Notes under the pieces: model-generated
Databases searched by the model: none
Seen by the model: only the letters and a program-made list of their open reading frames with translations
Told to the model about the DNA's origin: nothing
Shown: one piece after another, positions 16,016 through 25,397 of the stretch
Layout of the letters: every line of letters starts with the position of its first letter
Numbering within the stretch: the first letter of the stretch is position 1
Translations under genes and position numbers: made by a program
DNA from: a virus
Lineage: Duplodnaviria; Caudoviricetes
DNA: 36,990 bases
Direction: 5' to 3' (one strand)
Virus record (IMG/VR): IMGVR_UViG_3300028299_000012
Coordinates: 1 to 36,990 of that record

Positions 16016-16291
16016 ATGGGCAGACCGAAGGGTAGCCGAAACAAGCCGAAGACGACGATGCCTGCCGAAGCGGCAGTGCCGGTGGGCGAGGTCGCCGCAA
16101 CCGAGACGCCCGACCAGGCCGAAGCCCGAATCATGGCGGAACCGACGTGCGAGAATTGCCGGTTCGCGGTCAGCCGCAACATCGCGGGCGGCATCTTTTA
16201 CCGTTGTCGACGCTACCCGCCTACGGTGGCCGAGCGCTACCCGCGTGTGTTCGGCAACGACTGGTGCGGCGATTGGAAGGCACGGCCATGA
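16016..16291 (+). CDS. small Cys-rich protein with N-terminal GRPKGSRNK (AT-hook-like) motif
   Basis: CENCRF, CRRYPP, DWCGDW; RBS AAGGAG. Confidence 0.7.
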   Translation: MGRPKGSRNKPKTTMPAEAAVPVGEVAATETPDQAEARIMAEPTCENCRFAVSRNIAGGIFYRCRRYPPTVAERYPRVFGNDWCGDWKARP

Positions 16292-17058
16292 ATCTGCTCT
16301 CATTCGCACACAACACGTTCAGCCAGATGGGAGAGGACGGGATTACCTCAGAAGTCTTGCGGCTGGTCGGCACTACAGCCAACCCGTGCGCCGTCGACGT
16401 GGGAGCGGGAGACGGGGTGCTGTTGAGCAACACGCGCCAGGTCGTGGCGTGCGGCTGGTCCTCCGTGCAGATAGAGGGCAACCCCGAGCGGTATCGGCTT
16501 CTGCACGACCTCTACCGCGACCGGGCCGACGTGACCACCATTTGCGCCGCAGTCGGATGGGGCCAGGGCGACTCTATAGACGCACTGCTGGACAGGCATG
16601 CACCGCAGACACCGCCGGTGTTCGACCTGTTCAGTCTCGATGTTGATGGTACGGAACTTTCCATCTGGTACGCGATGAAGAAGTACCGGCCCCGGCTGGT
16701 GTGGATGGAACACAACCCAATGTGGCCGCACTTCATCGTCCGCACTCAGGCCCAGGACCCCGCGGTGAACAAGGGCGCTTCGCTGGCCGCCACAGTGGAG
16801 TTGGGCAGGACCAAGGGCTACGAGCTGGTGTGCTGCACGGCGTGGAATGCGCTGTTCGTGACCGCCGAACTGTACCCGCTGATTCCGCTCGACCCCGTAG
16901 CTCCGAACGACATTCGCGTGCTCGGCAGCCACTACCCGCAGTATCGTTCCTGGCGCGCTTGGGACTACGACGGCACTGAGCATGCCGGCGGCCCGCAGCA
17001 TTGCATCTGGCCCACAGAAGACGGCAAGTACGCGGGCCGGCTTGACCGGGAGGGCTGA
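16288..17058 (+). CDS. FkbM-like SAM-dependent methyltransferase
   Basis: FSQMGEDGI, VDVGAGDG, DLFSLDVDG, KGYELV. Confidence 0.8.
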   Translation: MNLLSFAHNTFSQMGEDGITSEVLRLVGTTANPCAVDVGAGDGVLLSNTRQVVACGWSSVQIEGNPERYRLLHDLYRDRADVTTICAAVGWGQGDSIDALLDRHAPQTPPVFDLFSLDVDGTELSIWYAMKKYRPRLVWMEHNPMWPHFIVRTQAQDPAVNKGASLAATVELGRTKGYELVCCTAWNALFVTAELYPLIPLDPVAPNDIRVLGSHYPQYRSWRAWDYDGTEHAGGPQHCIWPTEDGKYAGRLDREG

Positions 17059-17199
17059 CGCGGTGAACACGGCAACCTGGCACGGCGTGGCAATCGGCAT
17101 GGACCAGTGGCGTTTGGGAAGGAGGTGCGCACCCGCAGCACAAGACGGCGTGAGAGCGAGACGGCAACACAACGGCAGAGCACAAGGAGAGTATGGATC

Positions 17200-18018
17200 A
17201 TGGACATCTTCAACGGACTTGAAACCATCCCCGGATACGAGGCACGCATGGTGCTGGTAACCCCAGCGCTGGCCGCGGAACTGCTGAAGCGGAACACCCA
17301 CAACCGCAAGGTACGCGAGGTGACAGTCGCCAAATATGCAAAAGAACTCATCGCCGGTGAGTGGGTGGCTGTGCCTTCGGGCATCGGCATTGATGAAAAC
17401 GGCACGTTGATCGACGGGCAGCATCGGCTGCGGGCCGTGATGGACTCTGGCGTACCCGCCGCGCTTCTGCTCGTCTCTGGCTTTCCGGCAAAAAGCCAAA
17501 GTAAGTGTGATCGACATTTGAGGCGGACTCTTAGGGATGTATTCGCACTTGAGGGATACGACGTGCGAAACACGGGAGTAGCCGCTGCACTGTTTCTCGC
17601 TAAGCTCCGCAACGGCCAAGGGCGAGCTGATGCAACTGACTCTGAAGTGGCACATATGTTGTCATATTATGGAGAGTCAATCCAATCAATGCACAGCAAA
17701 GGGTCCACGGCGGGGCAGAAGCTGACCCGGAGAGCGGGCAGCCTGGCGGCACTTGCGTTATGGCATCGGCATGAACCGCTGGCCGCTATGGCATTCAGAC
17801 AGACATTATTGGCCGGCGTTGCCCCGGTGGAAAACCACCCAGCCGCAGCGCTAGTGCGAGCGGTCCAACAAGCAAACTGGTATGCTGCAGGCGGGAGTGG
17901 GGGCGCACAGCAACACGAGGACTTCCTGCGTACGATGACCGGGATAGTTGCCGCAAGAGAGGGGAGAACGTTGGCGATGATTCGGCCATATCGGGGCGAA
18001 CTACCCTGGCCCGTTTGA
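17200..18018 (+). CDS. ParB/Srx-like N-terminal domain protein
   Basis: VTPALAAELLKRNTHNR, LIDGQHRLRAV. Confidence 0.75.
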   Translation: MDIFNGLETIPGYEARMVLVTPALAAELLKRNTHNRKVREVTVAKYAKELIAGEWVAVPSGIGIDENGTLIDGQHRLRAVMDSGVPAALLLVSGFPAKSQSKCDRHLRRTLRDVFALEGYDVRNTGVAAALFLAKLRNGQGRADATDSEVAHMLSYYGESIQSMHSKGSTAGQKLTRRAGSLAALALWHRHEPLAAMAFRQTLLAGVAPVENHPAAALVRAVQQANWYAAGGSGGAQQHEDFLRTMTGIVAAREGRTLAMIRPYRGELPWPV

Positions 18019-18027
18019 GGTAACCCC

Positions 18028-18681
18028 ATGCCAAACCTCATCGCCACCTGCTACGGCCGCTACTGCGACCAGCTCGACCAGTGCGAAATGTGTCAGGAGC
18101 GGCCATGGTGCCGCGACGCTGCCGACCCGCGCCCGCTCAATACCGGGCAGGCTGCGGGCGAGGCATACGAGGCGGCACAGCGCGAACCGCACCAGCCCGA
18201 GCGGCACGACCCGGGGGCCACTACCGAGTTCAGCCAGGCAATGCGGCGCATCATCGTGCTGTGTGGCGGCAACCCGGCACGCATCGGCGCGGTCCTGCTG
18301 CGCCTGGCCGGCTGGTCGTTCGACGCCATCGGGGATAGCTTCCGTCTGGTGTCGGTCGGCAAGAGCAGGCAGGCAGCATGGAAGGACCTCCAGCGCGTCG
18401 TGGCGGACAACCCCGAACTGGCCAAGCTCTTGCGCAAGCGCTTCGACCGGCCCACGGTGGCGCCGACCGTCACTGCCGCGCTGGTAGCCGCGTTCGCCGA
18501 GCGCCGGCCATTGTGGCGCGGACCCGTCAAAGGCCCGACCGGAATCTATGCCATGCTCGCAGTCGAGTTCGGGCTCTCGAGCTGGCACGCCGCCGCGTCC
18601 AGGCTCAGGCGGGCCGGGGTACGCGTTGACAAGCGCCGCCATAGTGTGACACAGAAGCAGCAGCAAGGCCATGCGCCATGA
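18028..18681 (+). CDS. putative late transcription regulator (Cys-rich N-terminus, possible HTH)
   Basis: Lies directly before terS; HTH-like GWSFDAIGDSF..SRQAAWK. Confidence 0.45.
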   Translation: MPNLIATCYGRYCDQLDQCEMCQERPWCRDAADPRPLNTGQAAGEAYEAAQREPHQPERHDPGATTEFSQAMRRIIVLCGGNPARIGAVLLRLAGWSFDAIGDSFRLVSVGKSRQAAWKDLQRVVADNPELAKLLRKRFDRPTVAPTVTAALVAAFAERRPLWRGPVKGPTGIYAMLAVEFGLSSWHAAASRLRRAGVRVDKRRHSVTQKQQQGHAP

Positions 18682-19085
18682 CACCCAAGCGCGCCAAGTT
18701 CGTTTCTGAGTACCTCAAGGACTTCAATGCAACCCAGGCGGCACTGCGGGCGGGGTACTCTCAACGTAATGCAAACGTAGTCGGTCCGAGGCTGTTGGTA
18801 AGCGTTGGTATAGCCGAAGCTGTTGCCAGATCGGTCCAAAAAGCGCGCTCCGCCGCCATCATGACATTGGAGGAAGCGCTGGAGGTTGCCAGTCGCGGCG
18901 CCAGGGGCGACGACGGCAACGCGCGCTGGTCCGACCGGACCCGCTGTCTGGAGCGCCTGGCCAAGATGAGCGGCTGGGACAAGCCGGCAACGCTCGACAT
19001 CACCAGCGGCGGCCAGCCCCTGCGAACCGAGATCGTCGTAAGGGCGCGAGACGTGGCGGAACCGGACGAGGAGAGCACACCATGA
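18678..19085 (+). CDS. terS: terminase small subunit
   Basis: FVSEYLKDFNATQAALRAGYS (Terminase_2-type motif). Confidence 0.9.
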   Translation: MTPKRAKFVSEYLKDFNATQAALRAGYSQRNANVVGPRLLVSVGIAEAVARSVQKARSAAIMTLEEALEVASRGARGDDGNARWSDRTRCLERLAKMSGWDKPATLDITSGGQPLRTEIVVRARDVAEPDEESTP

Positions 19086-19128
19086 GAGTCTACATCCTGG
19101 CGGGCCACCTGGAGGTAGTCGAGACAGC

Positions 19129-20514
19129 ATGACCACCGACCCCCCAACCACAGCGCGCTTGGAGTTTGTGGAGCCCTACGAGCCGCTGCTCCGCGACGCC
19201 ATCACGACGCGCTACTGTATCGTGACCGGCGGCCGTGGTTCGGGGAAGTCCTTTGCCGTCACCACCGCGCTGGCCATGATGCTGCGCAAGGCGGGGATGT
19301 CGGCGCTGTTCACGCGGTACACGATGATAGCCGCGGTGGACAGCATCATCCCCGAGTTCATGGAGAAGATCGAGCTGCTGCAATGCGCGGGCGAGTTCAC
19401 TGCGTCCCAGCACGCGGTGATCCACTGCCGGGGCAGCTCGATACTGTTCCGCGGCATCAAGGTCGGGTCGTTGAACCAGACGGCCAAGCTCAAGAGTCTC
19501 CAGGGAATCAACGTGTGGGTACTGGACGAGGCGGCAGAGCTGGCAGACCCGGTGACGTTCGAGACCATCGACCTGAGCGTGCGTGACTCCCGCCGGCCCA
19601 ATCTGGTGCTGCTCGTGCTGAACCCGCCGCACAAAGCACACTGGATGTACTCGCGTTTCTTTGCGGACATTCCGCCCGAGTTCTGCGGGGTGCGGGGCGA
19701 TGTGACCTACATCCACACGACCTACCTCGACAACAAACCCAACCTGCCCGAGGGCTACCTGCGGCTGGCTGCCGACATGAAGGCAGCCAACCCGACGCGC
19801 TATGCCCACATCTGGCGCGGCCATTGGGCGGACGCCGCAGAGGGCGCGCTGTGGACGTGGGAGATGATCGACAGGCACCGGCACCGCGAGAGTGCCAAGC
19901 TGCCCGAGTTCTGCCGCGTGGTAGTCGCGATAGACCCCGCCGTGACCAGCAGCGACACCAGCGATGAGACAGGCATCGTGTGCGTCGCCATGGACTTCGC
20001 CGGGCACTACTATGTCCTGTCGGATCTGACCTGCCGGGCCAGCCCCATGCAGTGGGCCACGGTGGCGATAGGCGAGTACAAGACGCGCAGCGCTGACCGG
20101 ATCGTGGCTGAGGTGAACAATGGCGGGGACTTGGTGGAAGCGACGCTGCGCAACGTGGACCGCAGTGTGGCCTATGGCGCGGTCCATGCCAGCCGGGGCA
20201 AGATAGTACGGGCCGAGCCCGTAGCGGCGCTGTATGAGCAGGGCTTGGTACATCACGTCGGGGCATTCCCGGCGCTTGAGACTGAACTGATGACCTACGC
20301 GGGCAAGAGCAACGACGCCAGCCCCAACCGCCTGGACGCGCTGGTGTGGGCGTTGTCGAGTCTGATGGATTCGAGCGGCAGGGCGGAACTGGCCAGTGCC
20401 AGCTCCATGGACCCCGGCGCAAACCGGCGCCCGCGGGACTTCAACCGGCTGGACCTGTCGCCGGATGAACGCAGGGCGCGACGCGAAGAGGAGAGCTATG
20501 CCGATGTGTATTGA
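19129..20514 (+). CDS. terL: terminase large subunit (PBSX-type)
   Basis: Walker A GGRGSGKS, Walker B VWVLDEA, LNPP, nuclease VAIDPA and NRLDALVWA. Confidence 0.95.
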   Translation: MTTDPPTTARLEFVEPYEPLLRDAITTRYCIVTGGRGSGKSFAVTTALAMMLRKAGMSALFTRYTMIAAVDSIIPEFMEKIELLQCAGEFTASQHAVIHCRGSSILFRGIKVGSLNQTAKLKSLQGINVWVLDEAAELADPVTFETIDLSVRDSRRPNLVLLVLNPPHKAHWMYSRFFADIPPEFCGVRGDVTYIHTTYLDNKPNLPEGYLRLAADMKAANPTRYAHIWRGHWADAAEGALWTWEMIDRHRHRESAKLPEFCRVVVAIDPAVTSSDTSDETGIVCVAMDFAGHYYVLSDLTCRASPMQWATVAIGEYKTRSADRIVAEVNNGGDLVEATLRNVDRSVAYGAVHASRGKIVRAEPVAALYEQGLVHHVGAFPALETELMTYAGKSNDASPNRLDALVWALSSLMDSSGRAELASASSMDPGANRRPRDFNRLDLSPDERRARREEESYADVY

Positions 20515-20547
20515 GCAGCAGCACACCCGCAGCAGGAGAGCAACCCC

Positions 20548-20745
20548 ATGATCCTCCAAATGCACTGGCAGCACATGGACGGGCACTACGAGTTCAAGGC
20601 ACAGGCAGACGTTGACCCTGACACAGAGGCTATGATAGACTGGGCCAGGGACGTACAGAAGCAACACCCGCCGCCGGATGGCACAATCTGGCTAATGTGT
20701 GATGAGAACGCGCCAATGTTCAAGCAGCAGGAGCCAAGCCCGTGA
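20548..20745 (+). CDS. hypothetical protein
   Basis: AGGAG RBS; inserted between terL and the portal gene. Confidence 0.55.
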   Translation: MILQMHWQHMDGHYEFKAQADVDPDTEAMIDWARDVQKQHPPPDGTIWLMCDENAPMFKQQEPSP

Positions 20746-23531
20746 GCATCGCAACCGCCTACAGTGCCGTCAGCAACTGGCTCCGCTTCAAGTACGCCGG
20801 CAAGCCACCGCCACGCCCGGAACGCGCCGACGACCGGCTGTACGCTGACTTCACCTTTTCGACCAAAGGCGGCGTGTCGGCCGCCATGAGCCCGTCCGAC
20901 CTACAAGGGATACTGTCCGAGGCGGCCGAGGGCTACAGTTGCACGCAGGCCGCGCTGATCAAGGAGATCCAGGAGAAGGAGCCATTGATCGCGGCGCACC
21001 TGGCCACACGCAAGGCGGCGCTCATGGGTTGCCCGTGGAAGGTCCAAGGCGAAGACGAGCAGGACAAGGCCGAGGAGCTGACAGCCATGTTGACCACGGC
21101 GGGCCTGTCGGACGCGCTCTCGCACCTATGCGACTACGTGCCGACCGGCTACAGCTTGGTCGTGAACGACTGGACCGAGGGCGGCAAGGCGATTGCGGGG
21201 TTTTTGCCGGTGGCGCCTGAGGTGATCGAGTTCGATCTTGGCGGCAACATGGCGTTGCAGGACAAGATGGGGGTTAAGCACCTGCTGGCCAAGGAGCACC
21301 CGGCGCAGTTCCTGACCGTCCTCGGACGTAGCAAGCCCGGCTTGCCCTGCCGCAACGGGCTGGGGCGATCGCTGGTGTGGATGTACCTCTTCAAGCACTC
21401 GGGTTTGGCCGGTGCCGCGCGCTACGTCGAGAAGTTCGGCAGTCCCTTCATGTACGCGACCATCCCGGCCGGGCAGTGGGGTGAACGCGGCACGATCCTG
21501 GCCACGCTGAAGGCAATGGGCCGGGACCACGCCGGGGTAATTAAGGAAGGCGGCACCATCGAGAACCTGACCGGGGCCAACGCCGACAGCACCGACGCGC
21601 AGATGCAGTTCCTCAAGTACTGCGACGACATCTTCGCCGTGGCTATCCTCGGCCAGCTTGCGACCAGCGGCGACGCGGGCGGACTGAGCAAGGGCCAGGC
21701 GCAGGAGAACGTCCGTATGGACTTGCTGGCCGGGGACGCACGGGCGCTCATGGCGGCAGTCAACAAGGGCCTGATCCTGCCGCTGTGCCAGATGCGCTAC
21801 GGCTGGCCGGACACGAAGGGCCTGAGCTTCGAGATCGAGTATGAGCCGAGTGAAGACCTCGACGCCAAGGCCACGCGGTACAAGACGCTCACGGAGGTGA
21901 CCGGGCGGATGATGGACGTTGCGACCGTGGAGGAAGAGTTTGGTGTGAAGTTCGGGGAGCCGAAGCCCGAGCCGGTCATGGTGGCCCCGGGCGGCGCGGT
22001 GCAGGGCGGGACGGGAGCAGCCGGCAACGGCGCGGCAGTGGCCAGCGGCGGCAAGGGCAAACGAGCCGTGGAGAACTTCGAGAACCCGCAGGCGCCCAAG
22101 ACGGCGCTTTCCGACCTCGCCACCTTCGCCGACACCCCGGCCGCCGTGGGCGCGCTGGATCTCATCGCACGCGAGGCGCTGCGACGCTACACGGCAGACG
22201 AAGAGGCTGCCGCGGCGTGGCTCGGGCCGGTGCAGCAGGCGGTACGCGAGGCGTTCGGCGACCTGGCGCCGGATGACGTGGAAGGCTTCACCGCGCGTGT
22301 GCCGTTGTTCCAGGCGTCGCTGCCGGCGGTGCTCAGCAAGATGGACGCGAGCGGGTTCGAGCGGCAGTTGGGAGACGCCATGCTTGCCGCGGTGGTCAAC
22401 GGCTTTGAGGAAGGCCAGCCGCGCCCTTTTCCGGTGACGCTGTATGACCTGGGCCAAATGCGCGTGGCAGCGGGAAGTCCACGCGGCGGCCAGTGGACAG
22501 CCGAGGGCGCCGCGGCCGGCCTGACCGGGCATACCGGCGGGCTGAAACACGCGGGGAAGCTCCGCAACAGGCTGGCCGGCGGCGGTGACTTTGACCGCGT
22601 GCAGACAGGCACCAAGACGATACCGGCGCGCGAGGCCAGCGAGAAGCAGGTGAAGATCAAGGGCGGCGGCGGTGCAACCAAGACCGTGCAGGTCAAGGCA
22701 GCACCGGAGCGCACTGTACCAGTGCAGGAGTATCGGCACAAGGACGGCACCCCGGCGACCGAAGCCGAGGCGTCTTTCTTGAAGAAGCTGGGCGTACCGC
22801 CGGCCGCGCATGACGTGCAGGTCACGATGGCACCTGACGCGAAGAACTGGGCCGCGTGGAAGGACAAAAGCGGCCAGCAGCAGATCCGGCGCAGCGCCGC
22901 CCAGGAGGACTACGGCAAGGCGAAGAAGTTGGACCGCACGCGCAAGATGGCGGGCGAGATGGGCGCACTGAGGACGCGCGTCGCACAGCACCAACTGGAG
23001 GGCCGGCCAGAGTCGATGGTGTTCGAGATCGAAGACCGCACGGTGATTCGGCTCGGGTCAACCGCGGAAGGCAGAGGCAAAGTCAAGGCGTACGGGCTCA
23101 CCACCCTCGAGGGCCGGCACGCCATGGTCAGCGGTGACACCGTGTCGTTGAAGTTCATCGGCAAGCACGCCAAGGAGAACACCGCCACGTTCACCGACGC
23201 CCGGTTGGCGCGCTTTGTCGCGGACCGCAAGGCAGCGGCGGGCGACGGGGGCAAGCTCTGGTCTGACGTGGGGCCGTCGCGCTTCCACAAGTACGTCAAG
23301 GAAGTCTCGCGCGGTCGCTACAGCACCAAGGATTTCCGCACGGTGCATGCGACCAGAACCGCACTCGAAGTAGTGCGTCCGCATATCGGCAAAACGCTGT
23401 CAATCAAAGACAAGCGTGCTATAGTACGTTCAGCTTCCGAGGCAGCGAGCAAGCTCCTCAACAACACGCCGGGCATGGCGCTGAAGAGCTACATCGACCC
23501 GGCAGTATTCGACCTCATCGGGGAGGGCTGA
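20742..23531 (+). CDS. Mu gp29/DUF935-like portal protein fused to a C-terminal DNA topoisomerase IB domain
   Basis: Portal motifs TRKAAL, GLGRSLVW, YVEKFGSP, ILGQLAT; linker QMRVAAGSPRGGQWT; TopIB motifs IRLGS, YGLTTL, FIGKH, KDFRT, LNNT..ALKSYIDP. Confidence 0.85.
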   Translation: MSIATAYSAVSNWLRFKYAGKPPPRPERADDRLYADFTFSTKGGVSAAMSPSDLQGILSEAAEGYSCTQAALIKEIQEKEPLIAAHLATRKAALMGCPWKVQGEDEQDKAEELTAMLTTAGLSDALSHLCDYVPTGYSLVVNDWTEGGKAIAGFLPVAPEVIEFDLGGNMALQDKMGVKHLLAKEHPAQFLTVLGRSKPGLPCRNGLGRSLVWMYLFKHSGLAGAARYVEKFGSPFMYATIPAGQWGERGTILATLKAMGRDHAGVIKEGGTIENLTGANADSTDAQMQFLKYCDDIFAVAILGQLATSGDAGGLSKGQAQENVRMDLLAGDARALMAAVNKGLILPLCQMRYGWPDTKGLSFEIEYEPSEDLDAKATRYKTLTEVTGRMMDVATVEEEFGVKFGEPKPEPVMVAPGGAVQGGTGAAGNGAAVASGGKGKRAVENFENPQAPKTALSDLATFADTPAAVGALDLIAREALRRYTADEEAAAAWLGPVQQAVREAFGDLAPDDVEGFTARVPLFQASLPAVLSKMDASGFERQLGDAMLAAVVNGFEEGQPRPFPVTLYDLGQMRVAAGSPRGGQWTAEGAAAGLTGHTGGLKHAGKLRNRLAGGGDFDRVQTGTKTIPAREASEKQVKIKGGGGATKTVQVKAAPERTVPVQEYRHKDGTPATEAEASFLKKLGVPPAAHDVQVTMAPDAKNWAAWKDKSGQQQIRRSAAQEDYGKAKKLDRTRKMAGEMGALRTRVAQHQLEGRPESMVFEIEDRTVIRLGSTAEGRGKVKAYGLTTLEGRHAMVSGDTVSLKFIGKHAKENTATFTDARLARFVADRKAAAGDGGKLWSDVGPSRFHKYVKEVSRGRYSTKDFRTVHATRTALEVVRPHIGKTLSIKDKRAIVRSASEAASKLLNNTPGMALKSYIDPAVFDLIGEG

Positions 23532-23533
23532 CC

Positions 23534-23677
23534 ATGTACACCGCGGCTGAACTGAACGGCGAGGAATTCCGCGAGTTGGCAGACGACCTGGACGGGCTGG
23601 ACTACGTGGACGAGGACGGCAACCCCATCGACCTGGCCGACGTGGACGAGGATGAAGAAGACGACCCAGACGAGTGA
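23534..23677 (+). CDS. 47 aa extremely acidic protein
   Basis: MYTAAELNGEEFRELADDLDGLDYVDEDGNPIDLADVDEDEEDDPDE; GGAGG RBS; absent from the ORF track. Confidence 0.65.
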   Translation: MYTAAELNGEEFRELADDLDGLDYVDEDGNPIDLADVDEDEEDDPDE

Positions 23678-23967
23678 CACCCAGGCTGGTGCCCAATCGC
23701 ATTATAGAGGCGGCAATGGAGTTAGCCAAGTACAGCGGAAACAGGCCGCGCCCATTGCGCTGCGACGGTTGCAACGCCGAAGCGGCATTGACTCAGTTTG
23801 ACGCGTTTCAAGAGAGGCACGGCAGTGAGTGTTCGTGGACTTGGTGGTTATGCGAAACATGTTCCAGACCAAACAAGAACCCTGTCATATTCAGGACGCA
23901 CGTCAACGAAGCGCTGTTTCGCTTTGCTGCCGAATGGCACAAAACCCGAAAGATGCCAGAATGGTAA
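23674..23967 (+). CDS. hypothetical CxxC protein
   Basis: GTGA-coupled; CDGC and CETC motifs; lower GC. Confidence 0.55.
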   Translation: MTPRLVPNRIIEAAMELAKYSGNRPRPLRCDGCNAEAALTQFDAFQERHGSECSWTWWLCETCSRPNKNPVIFRTHVNEALFRFAAEWHKTRKMPEW

Positions 23968-23988
23968 TAGCCCATTAAGGGTGCGCGC

Positions 23989-24171
23989 ATGACCACCCTA
24001 CGCCAACACCAGCAGCGCGCAGCCCGTTCCCCCCGCGGCACCAAGGGAAAGCCCTGCACCCCGGCGCAACTGGCAGCCCGCCGCCGCAATGCGGCTAAAG
24101 CCACTGCAGCACGGATCAACGCCATCAACGACGCACTGTCTGCCCTGCAAGGTGGCGTCGCGCCTCAATAG
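23989..24171 (+). CDS. small basic protein
   Basis: TPAQLAARRRNAAKA; followed by a terminator. Confidence 0.5.
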   Translation: MTTLRQHQQRAARSPRGTKGKPCTPAQLAARRRNAAKATAARINAINDALSALQGGVAPQ

Positions 24172-24201
24172 CCCCAGCCTGACATAGCCCACCGACCACC
24201 T

Positions 24202-24232
24202 AGCCCCGGCCCGCCGCCGGGGCTTTCCGTTT
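24202..24232 (+). terminator. putative Rho-independent terminator
   Basis: AGCCCCGGC-CCGCC-GCCGGGGCT then TTCCGTTT. Confidence 0.55.
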
Positions 24233-24275
24233 GTGCCCGTGAGAGGCCGGCTCGGTTGACAAACCGCGCCAGAGT

Positions 24276-25391
24276 ATGAGCACGCCTAAGCTCCGCGATA
24301 CAGCCTTGGTACTCCCGGTGGTGTGCCTGTTCAGCGACGAACAGGCCGAGCGTATTCCGCCGGACAGCTTCCTCGTCGTCAAGTACGGCAAGACGCGGTA
24401 CACCAAGGGCGACGCCAAGGGTGAGTATGAGTTCACCCCGGCCGACGCCGACAAGGTGATAGCCGACTTCACCGAGCGGGACCGCGCCATCGTCGTCGAC
24501 TACGAGCACCAGACCCTGACAGGGCAACGCGCGCCCGCGGCCGGCTGGATCGACTCGCTCACCAAGACCGCAGACGGCATTGCCGCGAAGGTGCGGTACT
24601 GGACCGAGCAGGGCATTGCCGACCTGAAGGCCGGCGCGTACCGCTATTTCTCACCAGTGCTCACGATGTCCCGGCAGCATCCGCTTTCGCTGCACAGCGT
24701 CGGATTGACGAACCACGCGGCGACACACTCACCGCCTGCGCTGGTAGCCTCCGACGATGCAGATAGTCCCGAACCCACCACCGAATTGGAGAACCGTGAC
24801 ATGGAACACCTGACGCACGTCGCCGGAGCCCTCGGGCTCACCATCCCCCTGACTGACGGAACCCCTGACGAAAAGGCCACCATGGAGGCCGTCACGGGCC
24901 GGATTGCGGCGCTTCGTGCAGCGGCAGAGGAGACACACGCGTTCCTGATGCTGCACGACGCGAGAGACCTGGGCGCCGTCACGGGCAAGATCAAGGGCAT
25001 GGTGCCGGCATGCGAGCTGACCGCGCTCAACGACCGGCTGGCCCTGATCGACGCCGAGAAGGCCGTCCAAGCCGCGTTCGGCGAGCGCAAGCTGGTGGAG
25101 TCGCAGCGCGGCTGGGCGTTGGATTACGCCAAGACGAACCCCGCCGGGTTCCAGCTGTTCCTGGCCGGCGCCGCGCAAGTGGCCCCCGGCCCGGCCGCGG
25201 CGGTCATGGCCGCGCTGGCCGACACTGCCGAGGATTCCCTGGCGCTGACCGACGAAGCGCTGGGCAGGAAGTTCGACCGGACCCCTTCACTGGCGGCAGA
25301 GGGGTTCACCAAGGCGAGCTATGCGGCGTTCCGCAAAGCGGAAGCCGCACAGCTCGTCCGCGAGTACGCCACCAAGACCACCAAGGAGTAG
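24276..25391 (+). CDS. Mu-like prohead protease I / scaffold
   Basis: IVVDYEHQT, APAAGWI, YRYFSPV, SVGLTN; an internal Met (MEHL) could start the scaffold. Confidence 0.9.
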   Translation: MSTPKLRDTALVLPVVCLFSDEQAERIPPDSFLVVKYGKTRYTKGDAKGEYEFTPADADKVIADFTERDRAIVVDYEHQTLTGQRAPAAGWIDSLTKTADGIAAKVRYWTEQGIADLKAGAYRYFSPVLTMSRQHPLSLHSVGLTNHAATHSPPALVASDDADSPEPTTELENRDMEHLTHVAGALGLTIPLTDGTPDEKATMEAVTGRIAALRAAAEETHAFLMLHDARDLGAVTGKIKGMVPACELTALNDRLALIDAEKAVQAAFGERKLVESQRGWALDYAKTNPAGFQLFLAGAAQVAPGPAAAVMAALADTAEDSLALTDEALGRKFDRTPSLAAEGFTKASYAAFRKAEAAQLVREYATKTTKE

Positions 25392-25397
25392 TGCAAC

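Noticed and set aside
17071-17112. Possible second GGC-NN array (GGCAC GGCGT GGCAA..GGCAT)
   Set aside because: Only three in-register pentamers and no TGCA junction; compatible with chance in GC-rich DNA
22900-23531. Tyrosine recombinase or integron integrase serving the attC-like sites
   Set aside because: Motifs (KDFRT, YGLTTL, SYIDP) fit TopIB rather than the HxLRH box of IntI, although the folds are related
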